A DNA stretch of 64,000 bases from Nitrospiraceae bacterium (lineage in GTDB: Bacteria > Nitrospirota > Nitrospiria > Nitrospirales > Nitrospiraceae): assembly GCA_050246315.1 (NCBI GenBank), contig JBFWWG010000001.1:416001-480000 (forward strand), given 5' to 3'. The notes under the pieces were generated by a model, which was given only the letters and a program-made list of their open reading frames with translations, was not told the DNA's origin and ran no database searches. Positions within the stretch are counted from its first letter, which is position 1. Every line of letters begins with the position of its first letter. Positions 52,295 through 62,866 of the stretch are shown in pieces. The translations under genes were made by a program, and so were the position numbers.

Positions 52295-52534
52295 ATGCTA
52301 GATCGAGAACAGGTGGTCCGCCGCTCCAGATTCAGCGCCATGATTGCCCGCACAGCAGGAGTCGTGGCTATCGCCGGAGGATTCATCGGGGGAATGTACG
52401 GGCTGGAGCATCCCGAGACCATCTGGTTGCGCACCTCGCTCGGCTTGATCGTCACCGGACTCTTGGCTCAAGGGTATGCGCTGGTCTGCACCGCGCGGCG
52501 GTTGTGGGAACGTGAGGAATCCGATCGCCAGTAA
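52295..52534 (+). CDS. Small membrane protein
   Basis: Two hydrophobic helices; operon-like spacing. Confidence 0.6.
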   Translation: MLDREQVVRRSRFSAMIARTAGVVAIAGGFIGGMYGLEHPETIWLRTSLGLIVTGLLAQGYALVCTARRLWEREESDRQ

Positions 52535-52539
52535 CCAAA

Positions 52540-53004
52540 ATGGAACCGATCCGCCAAGTGTCCTCTCGATGCGCTGCTTCTGCCTTGACGATGTTCTCCA
52601 TCGGGCTCGTCCTGACCCTCATCCTGAGCGGCTGTAGTCGGCCTTGGCGAGACCAATACTTTGACAAGGGCCTGAACAAGGCGACGCAGGCGGAGATTGA
52701 GCAAATGCTCGGGCCGCCCCATACGGCGAAGACCTCGTTTCTCGATGAGGAATCCATCTGGACGTACCGCTACGCTATGACCGAAGATGAAATCGATCCC
52801 TGGGGCCGATTCGGACGGACGGCTGCCAGCGCCAAGGATACCGCCGCCTCGGCTGTCGGGCAGGGGAAGGACGGCGCCTCTCATCAGCGGCTCCTCTGCA
52901 TGAAGTACACGCTCAAGTTCAACAGGGGGAAGGTGCTTCAGGATTGGAAACGCCAACCCTGTGTGTCTCCGACTCAGACCGCCACGTCCCCCTTAGCGCC
53001 GTGA
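52540..53004 (+). CDS. Lipoprotein, BamE/SmpA-like motif
   Basis: Lipobox LSGC; TQAEIEQMLGPP...WTYRY. Confidence 0.7.
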   Translation: MEPIRQVSSRCAASALTMFSIGLVLTLILSGCSRPWRDQYFDKGLNKATQAEIEQMLGPPHTAKTSFLDEESIWTYRYAMTEDEIDPWGRFGRTAASAKDTAASAVGQGKDGASHQRLLCMKYTLKFNRGKVLQDWKRQPCVSPTQTATSPLAP

Positions 53005-53095
53005 TCCCTCGCCCGATGACATTCCGATATCTTTCTGTTATCACGCGTCGACGAGCATCCGATCGACCGATGTTCCACTCGGCGGAGTGGTCCCG

Positions 53096-53923
53096 ATGAC
53101 AGCCTGGGTTCCCTCGCTCGACAGCTCCCTCTTCGTCGACGGCGTCACATCGCTGACCTTGCTCCTTGGGGTGCTGGTCCTCCGCGCGCTGCTGGTCCGA
53201 TGGGTGAGCAGCCAGAAGGGGTTAACTGTCGAGCAACGCCGACGATGGATCATCAACATCCGAAACGGGATGGTGTTCGGCTTCACGGTGGGGTTGGTGT
53301 CGATCTGGGCCCATGAACTCCAGGCCTTTGCCGTATCGTTGATCGCGCTTGCCGCGGCGCTGGTGCTGGCGACCAAGGAATTGATCCTCTGCATGAGCGG
53401 AGCGGCTTTGCGCGCGGGCGCGCGGTTTTTCTCCATCGGCGACCGCATTCAGATCAGTGCCCATCGCGGCATCGTGCTGGATCATGATTTGTTTGCGACC
53501 ACGCTGCTCGAAATTGGTCCTGGCCAGGCCTCGCACCTGACCACCGGCCGCGTCGTGGTGCTCCCGAACAGTTTGTTTTTCACGACCCCTCTGGTGAACG
53601 AAACGTTCTCGAAGGATTATGTGTACCATGTGACGGTCGTGCCTCTGCCGGCCGGGGACGATTGGCGTCGAGCTGAGCGGTTCTTGCTGGAGGCTGCCCG
53701 GACGGAGTGCGCGGAGTATATTCAAGGAGCCGCCCAATATCTCCATGATTTGGAGGAGCGAAATCTCCTCGAGGCGCCTAATCCAGAGCCCAAGGTCACG
53801 CTCCAACTCGACCAGCCGGGTCGGGTCAATCTGGTGCTGCGATTTCCGGTTCCGGTACGGGGCCGTGCCCGAACGGAACAGGCGATTCTGCGCCGGTATC
53901 TGACGGCCATGAGCAACGGGTGA
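53096..53923 (+). CDS. Small-conductance mechanosensitive channel (MscS family)
   Basis: FSIGDRIQI, VVVLPNSLF. Confidence 0.88.
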   Translation: MTAWVPSLDSSLFVDGVTSLTLLLGVLVLRALLVRWVSSQKGLTVEQRRRWIINIRNGMVFGFTVGLVSIWAHELQAFAVSLIALAAALVLATKELILCMSGAALRAGARFFSIGDRIQISAHRGIVLDHDLFATTLLEIGPGQASHLTTGRVVVLPNSLFFTTPLVNETFSKDYVYHVTVVPLPAGDDWRRAERFLLEAARTECAEYIQGAAQYLHDLEERNLLEAPNPEPKVTLQLDQPGRVNLVLRFPVPVRGRARTEQAILRRYLTAMSNG

Positions 53924-53994
53924 TTCGAGAGGCCGACAGGGGCATAGTCCTGCCGCTCATCACAGCGGAGGGGTAGGGAAAGGGACATCAGGTA

Positions 53995-54768
53995 ATGAAG
54001 CTCGCCACGTTCAATGTCAATTCGCTACGAAAGCGGCTGCCGATCGTGCTGGAATGGCTGGAGGGACATCACCCGGATGTCCTCTGTCTGCAGGAGACCA
54101 AGGTTCAAGACAATGACTTTCCCTTGCTCGCGTTTGAGCGAACGGGCTATCACGTGACATTTCGTGGCATGAAGTCCTACAACGGGGTGGCGATCCTGAG
54201 CCGTTCAAAACCGGAGGAGGTGTTTCACGGGTTCCACGACGGAGACGAGCTTGATGACTCACGCCTGTTGCGCGTGGTCGTTGCTGGTCTGCCGATCGTG
54301 AATACCTACGTGCCGCAGGGGTTCGAGATCGATTCGCCTAAGTATCAATACAAGCTGGCGTGGTACGAACGCCTCCGGAAATATTTCGACACGTATCTCT
54401 CCCCCGATCAACCAGCCATCTGGTGTGGGGACATGAATGTCGCCCCGAGGCCAATCGATGTCCATAGCCCGGAAAAGCACCTGAAACATGTTTGCTATCA
54501 CGAGGCGGCGCGAAAAGCGTACGAGGAAACAGTCCGGTGGGGATTCGAGGACGTCTTTTGTAAGCTGCACCCGGATCTTAGGCGATATACGTTTTGGGAT
54601 TATCGGGCACCGAACTCACTGGAAGCCAACAAAGGTTGGAGAATCGATCATATCCTGGCGACTCAACCTTTAGCTGCACGCTGTCGGACGGTAGAGGTGG
54701 ACGTCGGGCCGAGGCGAGCGAAAGACCCATCAGACCATACGTTTCTCTGGGCGGAGTTTTCGATCTAA
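53995..54768 (+). CDS. xth: Exodeoxyribonuclease III
   Basis: TFNVNS, CLQETK, GDMNVAP, WRIDHIL, SDH. Confidence 0.96.
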   Translation: MKLATFNVNSLRKRLPIVLEWLEGHHPDVLCLQETKVQDNDFPLLAFERTGYHVTFRGMKSYNGVAILSRSKPEEVFHGFHDGDELDDSRLLRVVVAGLPIVNTYVPQGFEIDSPKYQYKLAWYERLRKYFDTYLSPDQPAIWCGDMNVAPRPIDVHSPEKHLKHVCYHEAARKAYEETVRWGFEDVFCKLHPDLRRYTFWDYRAPNSLEANKGWRIDHILATQPLAARCRTVEVDVGPRRAKDPSDHTFLWAEFSI

Positions 54769-54861
54769 CCTCGTGCGCGACGTCCACAATCTCATTGACC
54801 TCTAGAGACTTATCATCCGTCTGTCAGCCGGGACGGAACAACAGAGGGCAGGGAGGAGCTG

Positions 54862-55032
54862 TTACGCTGCCTTGCCCACCGGCTCCTTGCCCTGCTCCTG
54901 GAGGAGGCGGTTCCGTGTGATCAGCGCATCCTCGATGAGTCCGCAGTTGATACAACGCGAAATATAGGTCTCCGGAGAAAAATCAGGCCGCCATTCCTCT
55001 ACCATGAAGCCTTGGCATTTGCGACACCTCAT
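54862..55032 (-). CDS. Small Zn-ribbon protein
   Basis: MRCRKCQGFM...RCINCG; GGAGG RBS. Confidence 0.7.
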   Translation of the reverse strand: MRCRKCQGFMVEEWRPDFSPETYISRCINCGLIEDALITRNRLLQEQGKEPVGKAA

Positions 55033-55153
55033 CCTCCACCTCCTCTCCATCCTCATTGATCCGACCCGTCAGGATCAACTTCGCTGGCGAGATGGTAAGA
55101 CGGAAACATTAGTCGTCCATTAAGGCTAGGTTAGAAAGTGTTAATGTGCGGGC

Positions 55154-56467
55154 ATGGAAGAAAAAGTGCCGCAAAATCCATCTGATCTGATTGTCATTGG
55201 GGCAGGGGCCGCAGGGTTGTCCGGGGCTATTTTCACGGCAGAGGCCTTATCTGGAACGACTTGTCGCGTGGTGGTGTTGGATGGGGCCGCGATGATCGGG
55301 GCCAAGATTCTGGTCTCAGGTGGGGGGCGATGTAACGTCACCCATCGTGAGGTACATCCTGAGGACTTTCATGGGCCGCGCGTGTTGATCCGCAATGTGC
55401 TGGCTGCATTTCCCGTCCAAGCCACGATCGATTGGTTTGCCTCGCTCGGGGTTCCGTTGAAGCAGGAGGAAACAGGCAAGCTCTTTCCCGTCACTGATCG
55501 ATCCCGGACGGTCTTGGATGCGCTGGTTCGCCGGTGCCGCGACCTGGATGTCACCATTCTGGCCGGCCATCGAGTCCTTGAGGTCACGGACACTCAGTCG
55601 GATGGGTCGGTTGAACGGACCTTTCTCGTCCGGCACCAACGCGGAACGATACGGGCTCGATCTGTCCTCTTGGCGACAGGTGGGCGTTCTTTGCCGAGAA
55701 GTGGAAGCGATGGTTCCGGCTGGACGATCGCCCGTTCGTTCGGGCACAGCGTGACGCCCACCGCTCCAGCACTGGTGCCGCTGGTCTTGGCAGACACGTT
55801 TTTTCATCCGGCCCTATCCGGCGTTTCGATGATGGTCGAACTCGTGGTGCTTGTAAACGGTGCTCTGATCGATCGGCGGACCGGGAGTCTCCTCTGGACG
55901 CATTTCGGCATCAGTGGGCCGGTCGTGATGGATGCGAGCCGGTTCTATTCGCTCGCGAAGCAGGCCGGAGAGGCGGTGGAACTACGGTGCAGTTTAGTGC
56001 CGGGGGCCGATGCGCAGGCTGTGGACCGTGAATTGGTACGACGAATGAATTCCTCACCGCGGCTCTCTATCAAGAAACTTGTTGCTGCCTATGTGCCCGA
56101 GCGTGTGGCAGAGGCGCTCTGCACGCTGTGCAAGCTCGATACGATGACGACGGGCGGTCGGTTGACGAGAGAGCGTCGGACCGCGTTGGTCCAGGCGCTG
56201 ACGGGCTTGACGCTTCCTGTGGTGCGGGATCGAGGCTGGAACTTTGCGGAAGTCACCGCGGGCGGTGTCCCGCTCGTGGAAGTGAATTTCCGCACAATGG
56301 AATCCAAGCTGGTACCGGGACTGTATCTGGTCGGCGAACTGCTGGATTGCGATGGCCGAATCGGAGGGTTCAATTTTCAATGGGCCTGGGCCACGGGATT
56401 TATCGCCGGACGTGCGGCGGCGGCGGCTCTGACCGGCCGGAACCAGAAGAAGATGGGCGTGAACTGA
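55154..56467 (+). CDS. HI0933/BaiN-family flavoprotein
   Basis: GAKILVSGGGRCNVT, LLWTHFGISGP, AEVTAGGV, GGFNFQWAW. Confidence 0.93.
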   Translation: MEEKVPQNPSDLIVIGAGAAGLSGAIFTAEALSGTTCRVVVLDGAAMIGAKILVSGGGRCNVTHREVHPEDFHGPRVLIRNVLAAFPVQATIDWFASLGVPLKQEETGKLFPVTDRSRTVLDALVRRCRDLDVTILAGHRVLEVTDTQSDGSVERTFLVRHQRGTIRARSVLLATGGRSLPRSGSDGSGWTIARSFGHSVTPTAPALVPLVLADTFFHPALSGVSMMVELVVLVNGALIDRRTGSLLWTHFGISGPVVMDASRFYSLAKQAGEAVELRCSLVPGADAQAVDRELVRRMNSSPRLSIKKLVAAYVPERVAEALCTLCKLDTMTTGGRLTRERRTALVQALTGLTLPVVRDRGWNFAEVTAGGVPLVEVNFRTMESKLVPGLYLVGELLDCDGRIGGFNFQWAWATGFIAGRAAAAALTGRNQKKMGVN

Positions 56468-56894
56468 CGTCAGGTTCGAGGACCAACGTGCCGCTCATTC
56501 CAGGGTGGCCCTTACGCGCGCAGTAGAACACATGGGTTCCTGGAGGAGCCGTGATGCGGATGGACAGTCTGTCTCCCGGATTCAGGCGCCAGGGTCGATG
56601 GTTTCCACGCTCTGGCGGGTCAATGGCGAGTATTCTGGTCGATGTGCCTGTGAACAGTTGACTGTCGAACTCATGGACTTCGCGACCTTCGTTGACGAGC
56701 GTGAGGCTGACCGGGCTATCGCTGGCGAAGGTCAAGTGATCCGGGACAAAACGATTGTCTTGAACGGCGATGTGTACAGATTGCACACCCCGATCGCAGC
56801 CGGCCGGGAGGCAGGCCATCAGCAAGACAAATGGAGCCAACGGGCAATAGGAGGGACGGTTGCGGCGCAAGCCCGAATCCGTCGAAGGACCCAT
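56400..56894 (-). CDS. Cupredoxin domain protein
   Basis: RFVPDHL, NEGREVHEF, FYCARKGHPGMSGTL; start uncertain. Confidence 0.75.
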   Translation of the reverse strand: MGPSTDSGLRRNRPSYCPLAPFVLLMACLPAGCDRGVQSVHIAVQDNRFVPDHLTFASDSPVSLTLVNEGREVHEFDSQLFTGTSTRILAIDPPERGNHRPWRLNPGDRLSIRITAPPGTHVFYCARKGHPGMSGTLVLEPDVSSRPSSSGSGRSEPPPPHVRR

Positions 56895-57511
56895 GGCTGA
56901 CTTCTACCCTGTTTGACTTCCCGCCTCAAGAGGAGGCATGCGATGTGAGTCGCCGGGGTCGTTGGGTGTCGGGGCGACTGGATCGCGGTATTGGTTGATC
57001 TCGATGCTTCCCGCATCAAGCGGGCGGCGGGCTCTTCGGCTGATCGGCTTGTCGAGATCATAGCAGGGTGTTGAAAATGTCCGCCCGCTTTGTTGGGGGT
57101 ACCCGTTGCTCCGAACATGCAGCGGGTGAAACGTCACGAATCGTCATGAATCATATGGGCCACCATGGGAGAGCAGGACCGCAGAGATCGGTTGTGGGAA
57201 TGGCGGAGAGGCTTTACCTGGAAAGGCGATCTGGTATCTTTACTATTTGGCTCGCGGGACCCCTGAATGAGCCGAAGGAACGTGTGGCGATGCTCTGTGG
57301 ATGCGGCGGTGAGGTCACCGAAAGTTTCATGACCGAAGGGTGTGGCGAATCATGCAAGGCCTGCCGGCAGGTCGTGCAGGAGCGGTCGCAGCCCAAACCG
57401 ACTCGACGGACCGCAAGGCGGGAGCATCTTGAGATGAGTTCAACGATGATCGTGAACGGTTGGTAAGAGCCCAATGGGCTCGCGACCTCGTGCGGGAATG
57501 ACCGGGAGTCT

Positions 57512-58030
57512 GTGATGTCCAAGCCGCTGCGCTGCCCCCTGTGCGGCAAGAACGTGATCTTACGAGCCCAGACGCGCACGCTGTCTGAATCGTTCCTGAC
57601 CTGGCTTTTCATCGCTCCGTTCCGATGCCAGTCTTGTCATCATCGATTCTTCCGGCTCCGGTTGGGCGTTGAGTATCCGTCCAGCCTCATCGATCGTCGA
57701 GAACATCTCCGCATTCCCGTCCGACTGTTCCTGTCTTTCTCGGGAGGACGCATCAAAGGGGAGGGTTTTGTGACCGATATGTCCATGGGAGGCTGCATGA
57801 TCCAAAGCTCCACCCACGTCAAGGTGGACGACATCTTCTATCTTCATATCACCCTGCCCAATCAGGAGAAGTCTCTGGAACTGGCCGCGATCGTCCGATC
57901 CGTCACTTCGCGGGGGGTGTCCTTTCAGTTCTTGCGACAGGCGCAGGAAAGCAAATCCCTCCTCTCGTTCATTCAGGCGCAAGCACGTGGCGGCGGCTCG
58001 GGAACCTGCAAGACGGACCAGGCGGCTTAG
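57512..58030 (+). CDS. PilZ domain protein with N-terminal Zn ribbon
   Basis: CPLC...FRCQSC; DRREHLR and DMSMGG. Confidence 0.85.
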   Translation: MMSKPLRCPLCGKNVILRAQTRTLSESFLTWLFIAPFRCQSCHHRFFRLRLGVEYPSSLIDRREHLRIPVRLFLSFSGGRIKGEGFVTDMSMGGCMIQSSTHVKVDDIFYLHITLPNQEKSLELAAIVRSVTSRGVSFQFLRQAQESKSLLSFIQAQARGGGSGTCKTDQAA

Positions 58031-58123
58031 CGCGGCCAGGGACGTACGGAGCACCGCAAGAGATCCAACAGGCTGCTGGAAGATCGTGGACGCTCCGCGC
58101 TCGTTTCGCTAAAATCCGCCTCG

Positions 58124-59731
58124 ATGACGGCCGATCCCGCACCCGCCGATTCACGCATGCCGGTTCAACAGGACAATCATTCGGTGGTGAAAGCCGCCGG
58201 GCTCATCGGTGTCGCTACCTTTTCGAGCCGAATTCTGGGCTTTCTCCGCGACATGGTATTGGCCCGTCTGTTCGGTGCGACCCCCGCTGCGGATGCATTC
58301 TTTATAGCCTACCGCATTCCGAATCTGCTCCGAGAACTCTTTGCGGAAGGGAGCATGTCGTCTGCATTCATCCCCGTGTTCACCGAGTATCACTCGCTCA
58401 GATCCAAGTCAGACGCTTGGGGACTCGCAAGCGCAGCTTTCACAACGCTCCTCACGCTTGTGACGGCTGTAACGATCGCCGGCATCGCGGCCTCTCCAGC
58501 ACTGGTCTGGCTGATCGCGCCTGGATTTCGAGATGATCCGGCTTCATTGGCCTTAACCACGCTTCTGACGCGCCTGATGTTTCCGTATCTGATCTTCATC
58601 AGCTTGGCGGCGCTGGCTATGGGGATTCTGAATTCGTTGCGTGCGTTCGCCGCTCCGGCCTTCTCGCCGGTGTGTTTCAACCTCGTTATCATTGCCTGTG
58701 CGGTATTCCTCTCCCCGCTGGTGGAGGAGCCGATTCTGGCCGTTGCGGCCGGGGTCGTGGCAGGCGGCGCCGCGCAGTTTGCCATGCAGATTCCGGGGCT
58801 GCGGCGGCGCGGCATGCTGTTCGGATGGCGGTTTGATCCGAGACACCCGGGGGTGCGCAAGATCGGGTGGCTCATGGTTCCCTCGCTGCTCGGATTGTCG
58901 GTCACGCAGATCAACATTACGGTCAGCACGATTATGGCGTCGTTTTTTCATGGCGGCCCCGCGTACCTCTTTTACGGGATGCGGTTGATCCAGTTTCCAC
59001 TCGGAATATTCGGTGTCGCACTTGCGACAGCGATTCTGCCGACGCTCTCGACACAGGCGTCTAAGGGAGCGCTGGACGAACTGCGGGCCACGATGGACTT
59101 CGGGCTGCGGTTGATCCTGTTCATCATCATTCCGGCCATGGTCGGCTTGATCCTGCTGCGCGTGCCGATTGTCCATCTGTTTTTTGAGCATGGGACGTTT
59201 CGAGCGGCCGATACGGTGGCCACTGCGACGGCGGTGCTCTGTTATGCGGTGGGGCTGTGGGCCTTTGCCGGTGTGCGGATCATTGTCGCGGCCTTTTACT
59301 CGCTCAAAGATACGACCACGCCGGCCGTGACGGCTGCGGCGGCAGTCGTGGCGAATCTGCTCTTCTCGCTGCTGTTGATGGGACCGTTGGAACATGCCGG
59401 CCTGGCCTTGGCGACGGCTCTAGCGTCGATGCTGAACGGAGCGGTACTGGTCTTCGTGTTACATCGACGACTTGGCGGGATGGCCTGGCTATCGGTACTA
59501 CGATCCGCCGGACGGTCCCTTCTCGCCACGATCCCAGTGGCCGTGGCCTGCCTGTGGATCGCTGGGTTGGCCGTCTGGCAGCGTCCCGAGGCCTGGATCG
59601 CAAAATCGATCATGCTGGCAGTCGGGATCGGCTTGAGCATCAGTGGGTATCTGGCGGTCCAGGCGCTCTTTCGGTCGGCGGAGTTGGACCTGCTGTGGGA
59701 GTTGGTGAAGAAAAAGACGACGCGGAGATGA
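58124..59731 (+). CDS. murJ: Lipid II flippase MurJ (MviN)
   Basis: SRILGFLRD, IPNLLRELFAEG, RLIQFPLGIFGVA. Confidence 0.96.
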   Translation: MTADPAPADSRMPVQQDNHSVVKAAGLIGVATFSSRILGFLRDMVLARLFGATPAADAFFIAYRIPNLLRELFAEGSMSSAFIPVFTEYHSLRSKSDAWGLASAAFTTLLTLVTAVTIAGIAASPALVWLIAPGFRDDPASLALTTLLTRLMFPYLIFISLAALAMGILNSLRAFAAPAFSPVCFNLVIIACAVFLSPLVEEPILAVAAGVVAGGAAQFAMQIPGLRRRGMLFGWRFDPRHPGVRKIGWLMVPSLLGLSVTQINITVSTIMASFFHGGPAYLFYGMRLIQFPLGIFGVALATAILPTLSTQASKGALDELRATMDFGLRLILFIIIPAMVGLILLRVPIVHLFFEHGTFRAADTVATATAVLCYAVGLWAFAGVRIIVAAFYSLKDTTTPAVTAAAAVVANLLFSLLLMGPLEHAGLALATALASMLNGAVLVFVLHRRLGGMAWLSVLRSAGRSLLATIPVAVACLWIAGLAVWQRPEAWIAKSIMLAVGIGLSISGYLAVQALFRSAELDLLWELVKKKTTRR

Positions 59732-60288
59732 ACAAGGTCATACCGGCCGTTTCTCGGACGTTCGAGTCCCGCTGGGGATGGGCAGGCGTGGCGGCAACCG
59801 ATCAGGGACTCTGCCTGGTCATCCTGCCTCGCCGGTCCAGAGAGGAGGCTCAGCGCGCCCTTGTGCGGGAGTTGCGCCAGGGAGGGTTTGCAGAAGAGTT
59901 CCCGAAGGCGGATGCCCGACGATCGGGCGCCGAACGCTCGGCGAAGGAGGCGGTCGAACAGGTGAGACGGTATTTGAATGGGACCGCTCGAACCATCGAT
60001 CTTCGCCTGGATCTTCGAAAGGGGACACCGTTTCAACAGAAAGTCTGGCGCCTCGCCACCGAGATTCCCTACGGGTGCGTCCGCTCCTATGGATGGCTGG
60101 CGGCCCGGCTCGGTGGGCGACGGTATGCTAGGGCGGTCGGCATGGCATTGGGGGCGAACCCCGTGCCCCTCATCGTGCCCTGCCACCGCATCGTCTCACA
60201 TGACGGGTCCTTGGGAGGGTTTTCCGGAGGCCTGCCGATCAAGCGAAAACTTCTTGCGCTCGAAGGATCGTTGGCGCAGGTGCATTGA
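59728..60288 (+). CDS. ogt: Methylated-DNA--protein-cysteine methyltransferase
   Basis: GTPFQQKVW, ARAVG, NPVPLIVPCHRIV. Confidence 0.93.
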   Translation: MNKVIPAVSRTFESRWGWAGVAATDQGLCLVILPRRSREEAQRALVRELRQGGFAEEFPKADARRSGAERSAKEAVEQVRRYLNGTARTIDLRLDLRKGTPFQQKVWRLATEIPYGCVRSYGWLAARLGGRRYARAVGMALGANPVPLIVPCHRIVSHDGSLGGFSGGLPIKRKLLALEGSLAQVH

Positions 60289-60320
60289 TCGGGAACGATG
60301 CATCGGTTGACGCCTTTACC

Positions 60321-60818
60321 ATGAAAGCGGTCATTCAGCGCGTGACAAGCGCTTCCGTTTCGGTCGATGGCGAGCAGATCGGCTCCATCGGCCATGGATT
60401 GGTGCTGTTGCTTGGCATCGCCAAAGGAGATATCGGGCAGGATCTCGATTATGTGGTCGATCGGGTCGTCAATTTGCGGATATTCTCCGACGCAGCCGGC
60501 AGGATGAACCGCTCCCTGTTGGACGTGCAGGGGGCTCTGTTGGTGATCTCCCAGTTCACGCTGCTGGGTAGCACCAGCGGAGGACGCAGGCCCGGCTTTG
60601 AGCAGGCCGCGCCTCCCGATGAGGCTCGGAAGCTGTATGAGCAGGTGATAGAACGGTTACACGCTTTCGTGCCTCGGGTCGAGAACGGCCGATTCGGCGC
60701 GCATATGGTTGTGACCTTGAGCAATGACGGTCCGGTCACCTTTGCGCTGGATAGTCGGGATCGCCGACCAGGGACTCAAGCGTCCCATCAAGAGGCCGAT
60801 ACAGCAGATAGCAGCTAA
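60321..60818 (+). CDS. dtd: D-aminoacyl-tRNA deacylase
   Basis: MKAVIQRV, SQFTL, NDGPVT. Confidence 0.96.
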   Translation: MKAVIQRVTSASVSVDGEQIGSIGHGLVLLLGIAKGDIGQDLDYVVDRVVNLRIFSDAAGRMNRSLLDVQGALLVISQFTLLGSTSGGRRPGFEQAAPPDEARKLYEQVIERLHAFVPRVENGRFGAHMVVTLSNDGPVTFALDSRDRRPGTQASHQEADTADSS

Positions 60819-60892
60819 CGAAACAGGAGCCACGGCTGGCCGATCTTTGCTATACTTCAGACGACGGAACCGGAGGTCAATCGGAGGCTCGC

Positions 60893-61459
60893 ATGGGGCT
60901 TCGCATTCCCGACCATCATCCGTTACGCCAATTGTTCGGAGCCCTCACCGAACGCAGCTTTGCGGACAAGCTCGGCTGGACGGATCTGACCGTAACCGAG
61001 TATGTGTCCAATCTCCTGGTCGATTTCGCACACGTGGACGGACTGTATAAGATTCGTGACGCCCGCAACCAACGGGTGGAGACGGTCGTCGAACTCCTGT
61101 ATGAATCGGAGATCTTGCTCGCCGCGCAATCCTTCGACCGAGAATGTGAAGTGCATCGGCAGATCGGCGATTTCACGTTGTTCATGGCCGGCTTGTTTCC
61201 AGAATATCTCAAGCGGCTCAAGACGGCCGGCCAGATCCACCATCCGGATTTTCTTGTGGATTACGTCAAGACCGGAAAGCGATCCTACGGGATCGTGGCG
61301 CAATCATTGGCGGTTGAATCCGAGCCGACCTCGCCGGTCTTTCGCAGCCTCTCCGAGAATTTCGAGTGGTGCGTCACGGGTCTAGGGTTTGTGCGAACCG
61401 ATCTCGAACGTCTGCAGGATCCATCCTACCGACGCGCCAAAGATATCCTCCTGAATTGA
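60893..61459 (+). CDS. Conserved hypothetical protein
   Basis: GGAGG RBS; HRQIGDFTLFMAGLFPE...GKRSY. Confidence 0.75.
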   Translation: MGLRIPDHHPLRQLFGALTERSFADKLGWTDLTVTEYVSNLLVDFAHVDGLYKIRDARNQRVETVVELLYESEILLAAQSFDRECEVHRQIGDFTLFMAGLFPEYLKRLKTAGQIHHPDFLVDYVKTGKRSYGIVAQSLAVESEPTSPVFRSLSENFEWCVTGLGFVRTDLERLQDPSYRRAKDILLN

Positions 61460-62397
61460 ACGAACACCGTCCGATTTTGCTGATCCATGGAGGGGCCGGA
61501 ACCCGCGCCCTCTCGCGCGCGCAACGGCGCTGGCTCGAACAGGCGCTCGTGGAAGGGCACAGCACGCTTCGGCGGGGTGCTGCGGCTCTCGACGCGGTGG
61601 AGACCAGCATCCGGATCCTCGAGGGATCAGGGGTCTTTAACGCCGGTCTGGGTTCCAACCACCAATTGGACGGTGAGACGCGAATGGATGCCTCGATTAT
61701 GGAGGGGCTGACGCTTCGCGCTGGAGCGGTCGCATCGATTGAGGATGTGGCGCACCCCATTGCTGCGGCGCATCTGGTGCTCAAAGAGACCGCGCATGTG
61801 CTGCTGGTCGGCCCACCAGCGACGGAGTTGGCCCGGTATTTCAAGCTGGCGCAGCGGCCGCTTGCGCTCGAACAGGCTCGCAGGCGATCGAGACGGAGAC
61901 CACTGACTGAACGTGCCCTGCGAACCGCCAAACTCTTTGAGGCCATGTCGAGGGCCAACCTCGGATTGAGGGAGAGGCACGGGCGCGAGACGGTTGGGGC
62001 CGTCGCACTCGACCGTGGTGGGACCCTTGCCGCAGGGGCGTCGACAGGAGGGATCGATCTCATGTTGCCGGGCCGCGTCGGCGATACCCCCTTGATCGGG
62101 TGCGGGATTTATGCGGACAATTGGGCCGGGGCCGTCTCGATGACCGGGTGGGGGGAAAGTATTATGAGGGTGGCGGTCGCGAAGGCCATCGTGGACTGGA
62201 TGAGCAGCGGCGCCAATCCCGGCAAGGCTGCCCGAGCCGTGTTGACCCAACTGACTACACGTATAAGGGGCGAGGCTGGCGCGTTAGTACTGGCGCCGGA
62301 TGGCAGGTTCGCGATCAGGCACACGACTCCCCGGATGGCCGCAGGCTACTGGGATGGCCGAGGTAAACCGGTCATTCGGGATCGGTTCGAGAAGTGA
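61456..62397 (+). CDS. iaaA: Isoaspartyl peptidase/L-asparaginase (Ntn hydrolase)
   Basis: IHGGAG, FNAGLGS, ETVGAVA, STGG, GRVGDTP. Confidence 0.9.
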   Translation: MNEHRPILLIHGGAGTRALSRAQRRWLEQALVEGHSTLRRGAAALDAVETSIRILEGSGVFNAGLGSNHQLDGETRMDASIMEGLTLRAGAVASIEDVAHPIAAAHLVLKETAHVLLVGPPATELARYFKLAQRPLALEQARRRSRRRPLTERALRTAKLFEAMSRANLGLRERHGRETVGAVALDRGGTLAAGASTGGIDLMLPGRVGDTPLIGCGIYADNWAGAVSMTGWGESIMRVAVAKAIVDWMSSGANPGKAARAVLTQLTTRIRGEAGALVLAPDGRFAIRHTTPRMAAGYWDGRGKPVIRDRFEK

Positions 62398-62400
62398 ACG

Positions 62401-62832
62401 ATGGAGCGCATCCTCTTTCATCTGGCGTTTCCTGTCACGGACATCGAATCCACGAAGCAGTTCTATGTGGATGGTCTGGGCTGTACCCTGGGCCGGGAAT
62501 CCGCATCCGCCCTCACCTTGGGGCTCTACGGGCACCAACTGGTTGGACATCTCATCAAGGAGTCGATCCCGGCACAGAAGGGCATTTACCCTCGCCATTT
62601 TGGGCTGGTGTTTACCGAGCAGTCGGATTGGCAGGCGCTGGCCGACCGAGCGAAGCGCAAGGGCCTGACGTTCTACCAACAGCCACGTGTGCGCTATCCC
62701 GCGACTAGGATCGAGCACCGAACGTTTTTCCTTGAAGATCCATCCGGCAATCTGCTCGAATTTAAGCACTATACCCACGAATCAGCCATCTTCGGCGAGC
62801 GAGACCATGCAAAAGTGGGTGATACGGATTAG
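62401..62832 (+). CDS. VOC/glyoxalase family protein
   Basis: FHLAFPV, PRHFGLV, FLEDPSGNLLEFK. Confidence 0.9.
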   Translation: MERILFHLAFPVTDIESTKQFYVDGLGCTLGRESASALTLGLYGHQLVGHLIKESIPAQKGIYPRHFGLVFTEQSDWQALADRAKRKGLTFYQQPRVRYPATRIEHRTFFLEDPSGNLLEFKHYTHESAIFGERDHAKVGDTD

Positions 62833-62866
62833 CGTCCGGCCAGTGTGGTTTCACGGCGGATCCCGA